Source of the DNA: Octopus vulgaris
Lineage: Eukaryota
Direction of reading: 5' to 3'
DNA: 64,000 nucleotides
NCBI GenBank assembly: GCA_951406725.2
Contig: OX597815.1
Location: forward strand, 148,800,001 to 148,864,000
Shown: piece after piece, positions 26,586-40,224 of the stretch
How positions within the stretch are numbered: the stretch's first letter is position 1
Layout of the letters: every line of letters begins with the position of its first letter
The notes under the pieces: model-generated
Seen by the model: the letters and a program-made list of their open reading frames with translations, nothing else
The model's database searches: none
Told to the model about the DNA's origin: nothing
Translations under genes and position numbers: made by a program

Positions 26586-27597
26586 GTATATGTATGGTGG
26601 CTGTCTACTCCTTATGCAGAGTTTGATCACCGCCTGTATCTTCACCATTGGACCATCATGTATGTATGTACGTATGAATGTATATGTATGTATATATATA
26701 TATACATACATACATTTACACATACACATATGCATAAACATATATGTGTGTGTGTTGTATGAATAAAAATATAACATGATGTATTATGAATAATTTATTT
26801 CTATAATATAGAAATGTTGAACTTTCAAGCACACAATACAAATTAATTGTAAGTTATAATACTCAAAAAGAGATGGGAGATGCGAAAAAATCTGCATATA
26901 TGTTTCAGTTTTAGGTCTAGTTGGTATGTAATTCCAAGCATTTTTAACTATATAGGGCAGATCTTCTTCAGATTTATCATGAGCTTACAGAACAAAGGTT
27001 AACATATTTTTTGAAAGAATGCATACAAAAACGTACTATATTTAAGAAGTTCGATCCTATAGATAATGTAAAAGTATCTATGTTGTGAGTTATAGATATT
27101 AGTAAATATGCCATATAATAAATAATGTAAAAAAAAATATACAAAAAATAATTAAAATAACCTAAAAGAATAAGGGTAAAGGAAGACGATAAGGAGGATA
27201 AAATTTTTTTTTAATCAATAATAAATACAATTTAGAGAAAATATATATTGTATGAAATTTAAATAAAAGGAAAATATGATTCAATATGCAATAGGAAACA
27301 TAATTATACTAATATAGGTGAAGAATAAGTTAGAGCTTAAAAATTATTAGGCAAAGGTTATATACATTAGATGCAGTTCAGTAAGATGAGTTGCGATCAC
27401 ATCAATATGGGTCATATTTAAAATCAAGCATAATTAAAAGTTTGAATATTGAGCGTTATCATATGCATCACGCAAGCCTTACATATAAACCGTTATTCAT
27501 ATATAGATTTAATAAAGTACATCTTCAACTTAATGTTTTTGAATATTGGAACATGTATATATAAACATACTCATACATAATTATTTAAATACTAATG

Positions 27598-27669
<72 letters not shown>

Positions 27670-27779
27670 CAGAGACAGAGAGAAATATAGATAGATATAG
27701 ATATATGCATATATACATGCATATACTTATATACTCGTACATACACATGATTATAACAACTCGTATAGCTAAATTATAT

Positions 27780-27896
<117 letters not shown>

Positions 27897-28199
27897 GGGT
27901 CGATAATGGTGTGTCTGAAATTTCATAGCATTGAACTACATGTTATTTTTGTTAGCCCATTTTTATAGATTTCTCAGCAGTTTTATGAGTTCCTCAGGGT
28001 TCCTCAGGGTTCCTAACTGGTCAGATTGGTTGACTATACCGAGGAGGGCATATCTGAGAGAACCACCACCAGTAGCAGTGGCGCCAATACAATTTCCTTT
28101 GGGTTTCGGCTGAGAATTTGTGTCTCTTCAGAGTGAGCACTATTTGCTACATCTGTCTGTCACGTGCCCTTCAGAAAGTCATGCAGCCACTCTCCTTTG

Positions 28200-28390
28200 C
28201 TTGCTTTAGTCATTTAACTCACGCCAAGCTGGAGTACCCATTTTAGTCGAAATAATAGACTCCAGGACTTATTCTTTCTAAGCATAGTACTTATTCCATC
28301 GTCAAAATTTGATGAACCGCTAAGTTAGGGTTAAGCAAAACACACCAACACCGGTTTCAAGCGATAGCAGGGGAAAACACCGACACAAGT
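28200..28390 (-). mobile_element. SINE family A, 3' half
   Basis: Reverse complement of the tail and body of 47827-48220, up to the central microsatellite. Confidence 0.75.
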
Positions 28391-28394
28391 AACA

Positions 28395-29600
28395 ATAACC
28401 CGAATGAATCGGGTTATAATACCGAAACAAGTAAAACAATAATAAACTATTTTAATCCCGAGCAATGCCGGGTATATCTGTCTAATCTATAAAATTAAGA
28501 ACACGAACGTTGATACAAATTGGATTTTTATGCAAAAATCGGTCGAAATGGAGCTGGAAGGGGATTAAAAGTTACAGGAGGGCGTAACTTGAGGTGAGCA
28601 ATTGATTGGGAGATGTTTTTCGGCGCTACATTGGTTGCTTTGGTGTGAAAACATGGATTTATTGACTTTCGGGGACATTTGGGGGCTTAGATTGGACACC
28701 TTTTGCCCGATTTCAATCAAATTTTCAACATGTTAAAGTGGATGCGGATTTGCAATTTAAGCGCGGAAATCTAAATTTTTATAAATGGGAGAGAGATAGA
28801 GAGAGAATGGTAGAGAGTAAGAGACGCGTGGGAGAGTCCGAGAGAAAGGAAAAGTAAGAGAGATTCAGTGGATGGATGGATGGATGGACGGCAGACTCCG
28901 GCAGGGGGTGATCGTGAAACCTGCTGTAGTTTTCCCCACAATTTTTTCTCACTATTTCTTCCTGTTTCTTTTGTACTTGTATTTCATAGGGCCGCCCTTT
29001 TCACACTCTGTGTCACGATGAATATCACCGAGAATTATGTTAAGGATACACGCGTTTGTGAAGTACTCAGCCACTTGCACGTATATTTCAATAACTGGCT
29101 CTTATATTGATCGAGTCACTGGAACCCTAGTCGACGTAAACGACGACAATATATATATCTCTTATTATAAAAGGCAGATTTTATCTGCCTCCCTTTGGGA
29201 GTTATACAAATCTACAATATAGGATTTCTTCAATTACAATTTACCTTGCATTTTTAAGAGTACAATGTATCGCGTCATGCCAGGTCCAGTTTTTAAAATT
29301 TCAACTCCAATTAAGCAAAATTTACAGAAAACTCACATTCTGGTGTGTGTGTCAAATGCTTTTCTTAGTCTGGTTTACACCACACGCAAACGCACACACA
29401 CAGTGGGCAACGAATAAAGTGAAACTAGATGTAATATTTGTTTCTCTCTATCGCGCTGATAGATACATGAGTAAAATGTATGGGAAGCTAACACATAAGT
29501 GTGAGTGAAAATGTTCTTGGAAGAGAGTAAATAGCCAGAGATAGTGATTTGAGGAAGACTTTACATAAAATAACCGTAGTGGCTTGTGTTAGTAATAAAG
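28395..29600 (+). mobile_element. Cluster of Helitron-like non-autonomous fragments
   Basis: The hairpin cccgagcaatgccggg (28457) is nearly identical to the 3' hairpin at 31101. Helitron-like 5' starts atctataaaattaaga (28485) and atctcttattataaaa (29157). Confidence 0.45.
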
Positions 29601-30004
29601 TAAACATACACTCATACATACATACATACATACATACATACATACACACACACATACACACACACATACATACACACACACATACATACATACACACATA
29701 CATACATACATACATATACATACATACATATACATACATACATACATATACATACTTACACACACACATACACACACACAGTATTGAAGCTTGAGAACAA
29801 TCAGATACATTTGCAACACATCTGTTGAAAATATTATTGTTCACACACATACATATACATATATACATACAGGCAGACAGACAGATAGACACACACACAC
29901 ACACACACACATGATCCAGCATGGCCACAACCTCAAGGCTGAAACATATAAAAGAATAACAAAATATAAATGTGTGCATGTGTGTGAGAGAGAGAGTGTG
30001 TGTG

Positions 30005-30036
<32 letters not shown>

Positions 30037-30042
30037 TATATA

Positions 30043-30461
30043 TATAATAATGCGGTTTTTTCAACAGCTTGAACTAAAAGTCAGAGGGGAATGGGATAAA
30101 CTACTTATATTAACTTGCTATAAAAGCAGGTAGTAATTTTATCTTGTCCTTATTCATAGTGCAAGTTTTGAAGAGTGCATTTCGATTTTAACAGCTATTT
30201 TTTTCAAAGCTATATTGGAACAGCCTAGAAGACGAGCCTCATCCTGAAAGATCTGTAGAACTCGACAAGGACATCCTGAAAACCCTGGTGGAACAAAATC
30301 TCATCGTAACTGTTGAGGAACTAGCAGAGAAGCTTGGATTTGGTCATTCAACCATTCATTGAGACCTGTGTGCTATCGGAAAAGTCAGCAAATTGGGTCA
30401 ATGGGTTCCTCACGAACCATGCAGAGAGTGAATGTATGCTTTTCTTTGCTGTCACATCTCA
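30043..30461 (+). mobile_element. Truncated, internally deleted mariner, same family as 6869-7988
   Basis: Matches the reverse complement of ~7415-7975 (5' UTR, SLEDEP, TVEELAEKLGFGHSTI, GQWVPH). Confidence 0.85.
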
Positions 30462-30481
30462 CCACTACTGCGCTATGTATA

Positions 30482-31128
30482 TCTATATATATAAAACCGT
30501 AGTTGTGTGAGTGTCTGTCCCCTTCGATTTAGATTCCTAACTACTCCCACATTTTGCGGTGCAGTTTAACCAAATTCGGGTAGCTTATAGTCGTGATTCA
30601 TATCGAGCCCGTCTGAGTATTAGCGCGCGTCTACGATGAGTCTACGATGAGTCTACGATTTTAAAAATAATTTAACATCATTTTTTATTCCATTTTAATG
30701 CATAATTTTTCGTGTGTCGATGGCGGCGGAGTTGGCGTCCACGCTCACACCTGCACCTGTGGGGAAGGGAGTGTAACGAAATCAACGTCGTAATGCGTTG
30801 TCAAGGAGACCAGCGTTCTTTTAGAACAACGACTTCATGGCTTGAAGACACCAAAACAGAAATGGCTAAGAAAGCGTCTACATGAGTCTACGATTTAAAA
30901 AAAATTTACTATCGTTTTTTTTTCCATTTTAATGCATTTTTCGCTATTATATAAGGGAAGTAACTCTCTGAAAATGTCTACGATGAGTCAACGATTTTTC
31001 AAAAAATTTACCATCATATTTTTTCCATTTTTAATGCATTTTTTGCTATTTTTTGGCTATAACTCTCTAAAAATGCTTATATAGTTATTTCCCTTACAAA
31101 CCCGAGCAACGCCGGGCGATACTGCTAG
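30482..31128 (+). mobile_element. Non-autonomous Helitron
   Basis: Inserted between A and T, with 5' TCtatatatataaaa, subterminal hairpin cccgagcaacgccggg and 3' CTAG. Three internal repeats of gtctacgatgagtc(t/a)acgattt...ccattttaatgcat. Confidence 0.85.
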
Positions 31129-31293
31129 TATATATATATATATATGTATATATACGACGGGCTTCTTTCAGTTTCTGTCTACCAAATCCACGGAGGCTAT
31201 AGTAGAAGACACTTGTCCAATGTGCCACATAGTGGGAGTGAACCCGGAACCATGTGATTGGTAATTTACTTAGCACACAGCCACTCCTGCGCC
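31129..31293 (-). mobile_element. SINE family A, 5' half
   Basis: The reverse complement reads ggcgcaggagtggctgtgtgctaagtaa...ggttccgggttcactcccact...gaaagaagcccgtcgtata. Confidence 0.9.
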
Positions 31294-31337
31294 TAATATA
31301 TAATATATGTAGTGTATATAATACATGTAGCATACAC

Positions 31338-31390
<53 letters not shown>

Positions 31391-32327
31391 TATGTGCATT
31401 GCCATGTTAATCTTCCATTCACTATCGTTTCTGGGAAATAAAAAGGTGTGGTTTTAACAAAGGGCGTGTCTTAGGTAGGCTTTTCCCGTGGCCAACCCCC
31501 TCAAAAGAAGTAAAATCTTCAAATCTAAATGGTGCAGCACCAAATTTATTATCGTGAGATTAATTACCATAGGAAGTACGCTATCACCGTAGAGGTTATT
31601 GTTGGTAAGATAAGTAATAATTTGATATACAGATATTTTGCGATATTATATAGACTTAAATAAATTGGATTTCATAAGTGAAAATTTCTATTAATATATT
31701 ATTTTTAAATATTGGGAATATTAAGAAATTTTTCACTGTTTCTTTCAAAAAATTTTTTTATTCCACGTCATTTTTATATCCAGAAATAAAGTTTGCTTAT
31801 AAATATTTTACTTATATACGTTATGGATATTTCTTGTTTTTTTATAGCAATGTGTTCCATATAGATATTTAAAGATTTATTTTGTACATTGTAGGTGACA
31901 GGAATAAAATTATTCAAGACAATGCCTGAAGTCAAATAGTGTTAAGCAGCGGTTTTTATTTAGATTCAGTGATTTCGATTCAATGCTTTTGTGTTCACTT
32001 GATAGAGCTATATTTCTTGTGAGGCACAAAGACCCTAAATAAAATTGTAGGATATTGTATAAGACATAAACCACTGTGACATAAATATATAACAAACAAT
32101 TGAAAATAAAAGAAATAGAATAAAATATATATATAATCACAAATGCGTTTTGTAAGGCAATACCTGAAGACATTTACTGAAATGAACTTAAAACATTTCG
32201 TAAATATTCTACTTTGTATAACGGGACACTGCTTTAAAAGTGTCTTCAAAGAGCAAAGAAAATTCTAATGGGAACTTTTAATGGTTAAAATATTAAAAAT
32301 ATTATTTAATGGTCAAAATAGTAAAAA

Positions 32328-32364
<37 letters not shown>

Positions 32365-32474
32365 ATTCTTCTTCTTATTATTATTATCATCACATTTTCT
32401 TCTTTCAATTTAGTTTCCGTTTCATGCAGAGTATATTTTCGACACCAAGGTGAAAGAAACGCATTGTGTGTATG

Positions 32475-32519
<45 letters not shown>

Positions 32520-32522
<3 letters not shown>

Positions 32523-33400
32523 AAATAGTTTTGAATGGTACAACAATGCACTATAATACAAAGAATGGGCTATAATTTAGTCCTCCATAGTCTGATAATA
32601 TTCCGGAACAAAATTCCTTTTTCACATAATCTAGGGCTCAGACTGAGAATTTCTATTTCTTCATGGGAGAGTTATCCACTCAGGTCTGTTACTAGGAATT
32701 CCGTTGCTGATATTGTGCTGGCGTATTCGGTATTATTATTATCTCGTTCGGTGAACGTGTCCTGTCATCACTTTCGGTGTAATAGGCCGAGTTGTGTCGG
32801 TATTTGGTACAAAGCCACTGGAATTTAAGTTTGAGGTGTTCTTCTTTTGGTCAACGCGGTGGTGGTAGCATCCATCAATAGCTGCGAATTTTTCTCGGTA
32901 TGTATGTTCAATGGTTGACGTGATGCTGGATATTATTTCAGGGAATTTGCGTATGTGCTCATGTAGTTGTTGGTTTAGATGGTGTATGATTTTTCTGATG
33001 ACGAACGTATGTATGTATTTCAGTGATTGTAGAAAGGGCAAGACTGTGGATACACGAGGGTAGATGTATGGGCCTGATGAAGGTGGGAATTATGTTGTAG
33101 CTTGTTCAACTCCCTAGCGGTTGCGAACTCGGCCTGGCCCAGGCGTAGAGACAGCAGATTATTGTAGTTCGCTTGAAGCATTGTGTATTGTATGTAAAAC
33201 ATTTTGAATGGTACAACAATGCACTATAATACAAGCAATAGGATATAATTTAGTCATCCATAATCTTATAAAATTTCGGAATAAAATTCCTTCTTCAGTT
33301 AAGTACTAGTTCTTCATAGGAGAGTGACTCACTTACACCGAGGACGCCAGCACACAATCAGTACCGAAATCCCTAGTCACAGACTTGAGTGGGCCACTCT
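32520..33400 (-). mobile_element. Penelope-like relic with direct and inverted terminal duplications
   Basis: ~90-bp direct repeat (32529-32620 / 33202-33292), an inverted copy of 32665-32731 at 33336-33400, and a weak GIY-YIG-like remnant (LNQQLHEH...STIEH). Confidence 0.5.
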
Positions 33401-34030
33401 AATAATCTCCTGAATGGAAAGGACACTGACTGATTACACCATGACTTTTCTAAAGCGTTTGACAAGATTGCTCATGGAATCTTCTGCCATAGATTAAGTA
33501 ATTTTGGTATCGTACGAAAACTCGGAGAATGGATCTTTCACTTCTTAGGTATCAATAATAGGTATCAATCTGTTGATCCAAACGATTACCTCGCGGTAAA
33601 GACACCCGTAATGAGTGTTATATCTCAGGTTACGGTTCTAGGAACATTATTATTTACCACAACCCTATCAGGCATAAGCTCATATGTGCAATCGGCTAAC
33701 GTAATGAGTTACACTGACGACACAAAAATAACAATAGCTATCCAAACGCCATCACACTTCAAAATGACATAAATATCATTTTTGAATGGGCGAATAAAAA
33801 CAGTATGGAATTTAATACATCAAAATTTCAGGCAATTCATTACGGAGGGAATGGACACAAACACCAATATTTGGCATTAGTTAATACAATGGTTTAGAGC
33901 ATTTACGACATAGGAGATATAGGAATACTCATGTCAAAGGGTGTATATTTCCTAAGCCACATCACCAAATTGACCTCTAAATGCAGACATCTCATACGAT
34001 GAATCCTGCGAACCTTCACCAAAAGAGAAG
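33400..34030 (+). mobile_element. Old CR1/L2-group LINE RT fragment
   Basis: DFSKAFDKIAHGIFCHRLSNFGIVRKLGEWIFHFL...SQVTVLGTLLF...SYTDDTKI...EWANKNSMEFNTSKFQAIHYG...ILRTF. Confidence 0.85.
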
Positions 34031-34388
34031 AGCGGCAGATTGATTCATATCCCGCAGGAAGTCAAAGAGCCATTCTCTGGGATTTCCTCTGGGAAATCAG
34101 CTACTACAAAGTCGATCATTGATCACTTTCAATCATAAGTTGACAAAGAAATTAAAACAAAGAGAAAAAAAATTACGGCTGTGCTCCGGCACGGCCGCAC
34201 TCCGGTGACTAAAACCGTTAAGAGAATAAAAGAAATAAGAATATTTATTATCAACTATAAACTCACCTTATTTATATTTAAATGTCCTCTATCATCTCTA
34301 ATTTCGTTTTTGTATAAGGTTTGCCAGATTTGTTATGTGAATTCGTGTGTTGAAGCATATCTTATTGTATCTAGGGAGAGTCATTCTC

Positions 34389-34690
34389 TTTCAGTGCCTT
34401 ATTTATTTAACACATTCACAAATTTCCGCTCATTCACTTATTACGTTTACTAGAATTTTTGTTGCGACTTGCAACCTTTTCAATAGACGGTCATTTTGTC
34501 CGTTATCGGAAATGTGAACACACACTGACGTACGCGCATGTGTTAAAAAAATTAAAACACAATTCTGATAACGGGCAGAATCTACGACTATTGAAAATGT
34601 TGCACGTCGCAACGAACATTTTAGTAAGAGTAATTAGCAAATGAGCGGAAATCATAGCGGTGAGTGTGTTAGATTGATAAAGCACTAAAA
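34389..34690. mobile_element. ~300-bp imperfect palindrome (MITE-like)
   Basis: tttccgctcatt...gttgcgacttgcaac...ccgttatcggaa mirrors ttctgataacgg...gttgcacgtcgcaac...aatgagcggaaa. No clear TSD. Confidence 0.7.
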
Positions 34691-34764
34691 TATCTCTAAT
34701 TTAGTCATTTACTTTTCGAATTCTATTTACCTACTGAATCTTCATTTTCTTCTCCTTTTGGGTG

Positions 34765-34910
34765 TGGGTGTGTAGCAAGTACATTGCTTACCAACCACAT
34801 GGTTCCGAGTTCAGTCCCACTGCGTGCCACCTTGAGGAGGTGTTTTCTAATGTAGCCTCAGACCGACCAAAACGTCTGAGTAGATTTGGTAGACGAAAAT
34901 TTCTCGTATC
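34765..34910 (+). mobile_element. SINE family A, 5' half
   Basis: ttgcttaccaaccacatggttccgagttcagtcccactgcgtg...gatttggtagacgaaaa. Confidence 0.85.
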
Positions 34911-34924
34911 TATCTATCTATCTC

Positions 34925-34969
<45 letters not shown>

Positions 34970-35481
34970 TTATATATATATTTTCAAACATTTTCAAATT
35001 AATTTTGTTTACAATAGCATTAGTACATCTTTAAGAAGTGATGAGTTTGGACTGATATGAACAAAATAAATAGAACAATGAATCCGATCTGTCATCCGTT
35101 TTTATACATATATATTCTAAAAAATTTAGTTTCGGAAACCTTGTATGTGCGATTCATAATAAACCATGGAATATGCTGTTGTATCCTGAAGCTATTAAAT
35201 ATTTTTGAATACCCCAAAACGTCTGGATTAATGACTTTGAATAAAAGTGTGTAGCTTGTCGGACGTCACAGTATTTAAAATTTAATGAGACATTCGCAAA
35301 AGTAATACAGTTGAATGTACAATAACTATAAGGAGAAAACTTACAAGGGAATAGATTTTACAGAGGTGTATGTCATTTCTAATCCGATAGTTGACGTTCT
35401 ATATGGCAATCAGTACTACAAACATGACCGCAGGCATTTTCATCTAAAATGATAATGCAGATTTTACACACACGCACACAC

Positions 35482-35528
<47 letters not shown>

Positions 35529-35544
35529 TATATACACATGTATA

Positions 35545-35588
<44 letters not shown>

Positions 35589-35600
35589 ACATATACATAT

Positions 35601-35783
35601 CGGCAGGGGAGTATATGTGTGGTAAGAAGCTTCTCAAGCACTCTGTTCCGGGTTAAGACCCACTGCGTGGCACATAGACCAACTGCCTTTCATTTTAGCC
35701 TCGGACCGCCCAAAGCCTTCTGAGTGGATTTCGTAAACGGAAACTGAAGGAAGCCCATCGTATATCTGTGTTTGTGTATGTAT

Positions 35784-35843
<60 letters not shown>

Positions 35844-36039
35844 GTGTCTGTGTGTGTCTCATTGCCATTGCTTGATAACCGATGTTGGTGTGTTTACATT
35901 CCCCGAAACTAAACGGTTCTGCGTAAGAGACCGATAAAATAAGTAATAGGCTTTCCTAGAGCCGATTTCGTCGGCTAAAGCCGGTGCTGCAGCATGGCTG
36001 CAGTCAAATGATTTGGAACAAGTAAAATAGTAAAAGAAT
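35601..36039 (+). mobile_element. SINE family A, full length
   Basis: Head, (TG)n core and tail gcagcatggctgcagtcaaatga...aagtaaaatagtaaaaga. Confidence 0.9.
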
Positions 36040-36194
36040 CTAAGTAGTATTCAGTACCCATTTTACTATTTACATTCAATAGTACAAATTTTTAAATACT
36101 TAGTCGATCTTTTCTATGTTTTTAGACATAAATAAACTATTTTTATGTCTCTGAATGAGTATACAGATCTTTTTCTCTTATTGTTTTAATATTT

Positions 36195-36362
36195 CATTCG
36201 TTTCAGTCATTTCACCACGGCCATGCTAGAGCATCACAAACAAATTATTTACTTAGAAATCGACGCAAGAATTTATACGTTGTGAGCCTAGTACTTATTC
36301 TATCGGTTTCGTTTGCCGAAAGTCTAGGTTCGGCATAAACATACTACCATTATCTGTCAACC
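36195..36362 (-). mobile_element. SINE family A, 3' part
   Basis: gtttcagtcatttcaccacggccatgctagagca...ctagtacttattctatcggtttc. Confidence 0.75.
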
Positions 36363-36379
36363 CTTTATTAGATCAATAC

Positions 36380-36508
36380 CAGAACGAATCTGGTAATTAA
36401 TATCGCGAACTTGAAAGGGAAAGTCGGCATCGGTGGAATTCGAACTCAGAACATAGAGACAGACGAAATTTCGCCCGGCGTGCTAACGATTTTGCCAGCT
36501 CGCCGCCT
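36380..36508 (-). mobile_element. SINE family B, 5' part
   Basis: The reverse complement reads ggcggcgagctggcaaaatcgttagcacgccgggcgaaat...gttctgagttcgaattcc. Confidence 0.85.
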
Positions 36509-37599
36509 TGTTTTTAATTTCGACCTTTGAAACTGATATGCCTAAATACAGTAAAAATATACAGCAAAAATTATGAAAATCTATACCTGTTCATAATGTT
36601 AACGAAACTTTTCATTGTATAAATTTGTTGATTTGGTGTAATATTTCAAGCGTGATTTAAACGTTATGCGGAGCAAACAATGAATTTTCTGTGGAAAACC
36701 ATGTGTAAATTGTCAAATAATCTTAGAATGTATGCATAAATTTTATAACTCTGAAACTGATATATTATATAAAAATGCTTATTATTGGTGCAATTACACT
36801 GCGATAAGTGTTAATATCCAATACATACTCGCTTTATAATTCATTGATTTAAACAATAAATATTTCGAGATTTGGAGTTGTACTAGAATGCTAAAGTTCT
36901 TGATGTACATAGATAGCAATATGAGACATGCAGTAACGTAAATGAAAATAGCACCACGTTATATTACAGTAAATATAAATATTTCCATGGAACTAATACG
37001 ATTATATAAGTTAGTATTTATAAATTCAATTTGAAATAACACTCACTTATATAATGCGGCAGTGAAGAATATGCTAAATATGAATATATACAAGCGCGAG
37101 TTTCGTATGTGTTTGTCTGCTAGTGTGTATATAGTTATGTCTGTATATACGTATGTTGGTATGTATGTATGAAAATTCAAAGTTTTCCCGTCGAAGTATT
37201 GAATTATTTGTTAACTGTAATCACTCCTATTCTTTTTCTCTAAATGAAAGCACGAAAGTAATTCAAAAAGCTAGTACCACAATGTTATTTATTCAAAACC
37301 TGTAATTTTCTTTAAACTTATGAATAAATTCATATATCACTGATGTTCAATCTAATTTTCAATAGAATATTGCTCCTGTGCCAAAGTTTGAGTTTAATCA
37401 TATGTATGATTACAGGTGTTATTAAATTAGACGTTGTGACGTGGGTATATATTTTTCCAAGTTAATAGCTACCTGTGTAAAAATATACATAGTTATACAT
37501 ACTCACTCACATATATTCATATATATTGGTATAACGCACACACACACACATATGAATGTATATATGCATAATTACATACATATATACGTACATGCATAA

Positions 37600-37653
<54 letters not shown>

Positions 37654-37921
37654 CGGAGACAGAAACAGAGAGAGAGAGAGAGTAAATAACCGAAAGAAAG
37701 AGAATGTTAATTACAAAGAGACAAGAGAGAGAGAGAGATAATTGGATGGTTTTGGATTTGTTTTAAAAAACTGAATTTTGATGTCAACGTAACCAGTTTT
37801 AACATCAACATTTTGAATAAAACAAAACACGCATACACATAAGTATAGAGCGTGCTGTAATATATATATATATATGTATTAATATATATATATATATACA
37901 TATATACATATACATATATAC

Positions 37922-38002
<81 letters not shown>

Positions 38003-39074
38003 AACTATCATGTAATTTTCGATTATTTTTCCTTCACTCTAATGTGGAGCTCTATAGATGAAAACATAAAAACGAATCTGAATATATTATTCCAATCCGA
38101 TATTTTTATTATATTTCAAATCAATTGAATATCCTACAGATGAAATCAATTGTGAATAAGATGCTTGCATTTTGTTTGCAATGTTCCTTAATCTAAAAGG
38201 TTGAAGAACATACGATGATTATAAATAGGATGTTTTGGATATCTCTTATAGGTTTAATCTAAATGCCACGCTATCATTCCTTTTAGTGTCATCCCATTCA
38301 ATCTAAGATTAAGTTCAGAAACGTTGCAGTGATTATTGTGAGTAACAAGGAAGCTGAAATGCATAAAATATATATTCTTTACACGCAAATATTCTGAAAA
38401 ACTTATTTCCTCATATATCTAACTTTTTTTTCATGTATAGTGCTTCGATGTTTTTCTCTTGTTTCCTTTATTGAGTTTAATCTTTTCCCGTACATTATTC
38501 ATTGAAAACATATAGAATGCCTGTCATATGTTCGCAGTAAAACATACACATCATTCTCTATGCAGATTTCATTAAATACCATTTTATTACCTTACTTATG
38601 TTCCCCCGTTTCTAATGTCTTTTTAAAAATATTTTTTGTGTTTCTTTTTTTTCACATTTTTGAATGTCAGAAACGTGACATTAAACAGCATTATGCTACT
38701 TCAATGTATTTCGATTATTTATTATTTTTTTAAATCTGCTCATAAGAGCGTCATCTTAGATTTTAACAAAACAGATTCTTATCAAATATTAAAGGATCTC
38801 TTCTGGTGTACACTACAGGCGAAAATAAATAACATCTCCAGAGGATAAATCTGATTTAGTATCTCAGTTCAATACTTTTTTCTTTAGATACAATCACAAA
38901 TAAAGTATGATTGCTAGTTAGATACAATCACATAAAATATGATTGCGACTGTTAATTAACTATATTAAGACATTTCTGATAACACGCATATGTGGAATAT
39001 ATCAGTTAATAACGAGAAATATGGTCAAATAAACGAAAATCATCTTTATTAAGACGGAATGTATCTGCAAAATA

Positions 39075-39310
39075 AACTAAGGTGTGAGTGGATTTTCTAG
39101 AAGGAAATTGAAAGGAGCTCATGTTTTATATGTGTGTGTGTCTTTCTAGTTTTGTTTGACCCCCACCATCACGTAACAACCGGTGTTAAAGTGTTTAAGT
39201 CCTCGTAGCCTAGCCTTTTGTCAAATGAAACCGATAGAATAAATATGGATTCAATTAATTCGGCAAAATATTTTTCAAGCAGGGCTGAAACAATTAAATA
39301 ATTAAAAATA
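39075..39310 (+). mobile_element. SINE family A, decayed internal and 3' part
   Basis: tgtgagtggatttt...gaaattgaaagga...(TG)n...caaccggtgtt...accgatagaataa. Confidence 0.6.
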
Positions 39311-40224
39311 AGAGACGCTATAGATGTAGATATACGAAAGGTAAAGAGTGTATTGAAGGAAAACTATTTGAAAACTATTGCGAATATATCAATTAAATTT
39401 TTCATCGATACCTGCGGGTATAATTATATATTTATTTACAGTATGCATAATAATTCGAGTCCTTTTCAGCAGCGAGTTAATTACAAGTTACATATTCCAC
39501 AAAATGTTGGTATCAGTCGAAAGACGCAGAGGGCGTTTTCCCTTCCCAGATCTTAAATTTGAAAATCATATCTACAAGGTATGCTTCAAATATACATCTC
39601 TTTTATACACAGAAGAAAGTTAATTTCTTAGACACATACTACAAACCCAACCCTTCCCTTTCCTCCACCTTCGTCTCTCACACTTTCTCTTTTCCCTTTC
39701 TGTTTATCTTTCTTCTTTCCCTACATTATACCTCTCCTGCTTTTTCGGTCTACTGCTTTCACTGCTCTGTTTCTCTGTCCACCCCAACTTCTGTCATGTC
39801 CTTTCCCTCTACTTTCTCTTATTTCCCTTCCTGGTTTTCTTTCTTTCTATTTACCCCCACCCCCTTTTTCATTTTACTTTTATCTCTACTTGGACCGTTT
39901 TCTCTGAATTTCAACATCTGTTTTCTCTCTCTCTCTCACCTCTCCTCGCGGAATTATATGACCATCCTTTTTCTCCTTTCAGCTCACTTTCTTCGCGTCA
40001 TTTCTGACGTGTTCAGGCTGTCACTTTCTTTTTTTACCTACAACACTTGGCTCGATTTTTTCCATCTTTTGTTTTATCTTCCTTTCTGTCTTTCCATCTC
40101 TCCTGTTTCCATTCCAGTTCAATAGGACATCATTTTCTATTGCGTTACTGTAACATGTCTAGACCTGATGCTATCTCAGAGCCGCAGGGCTTTCATTGTG
40201 TATATTCGCACGGACTACCCGTGT

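Noticed and set aside
26900-26990. Hammerhead-like ctgaagaagatct on the minus strand
   Set aside because: The GAAA and stems are too decayed to support a call.
30628-31045. CRISPR-like repeat-spacer array
   Set aside because: Three irregular, diverged repeats inside a Helitron, in a eukaryotic context with no cas genes.
39559-40125. 188-aa hydrophobic ORF as a membrane protein
   Set aside because: Pyrimidine-rich low-complexity DNA with few stops, next to repeat-like termini.
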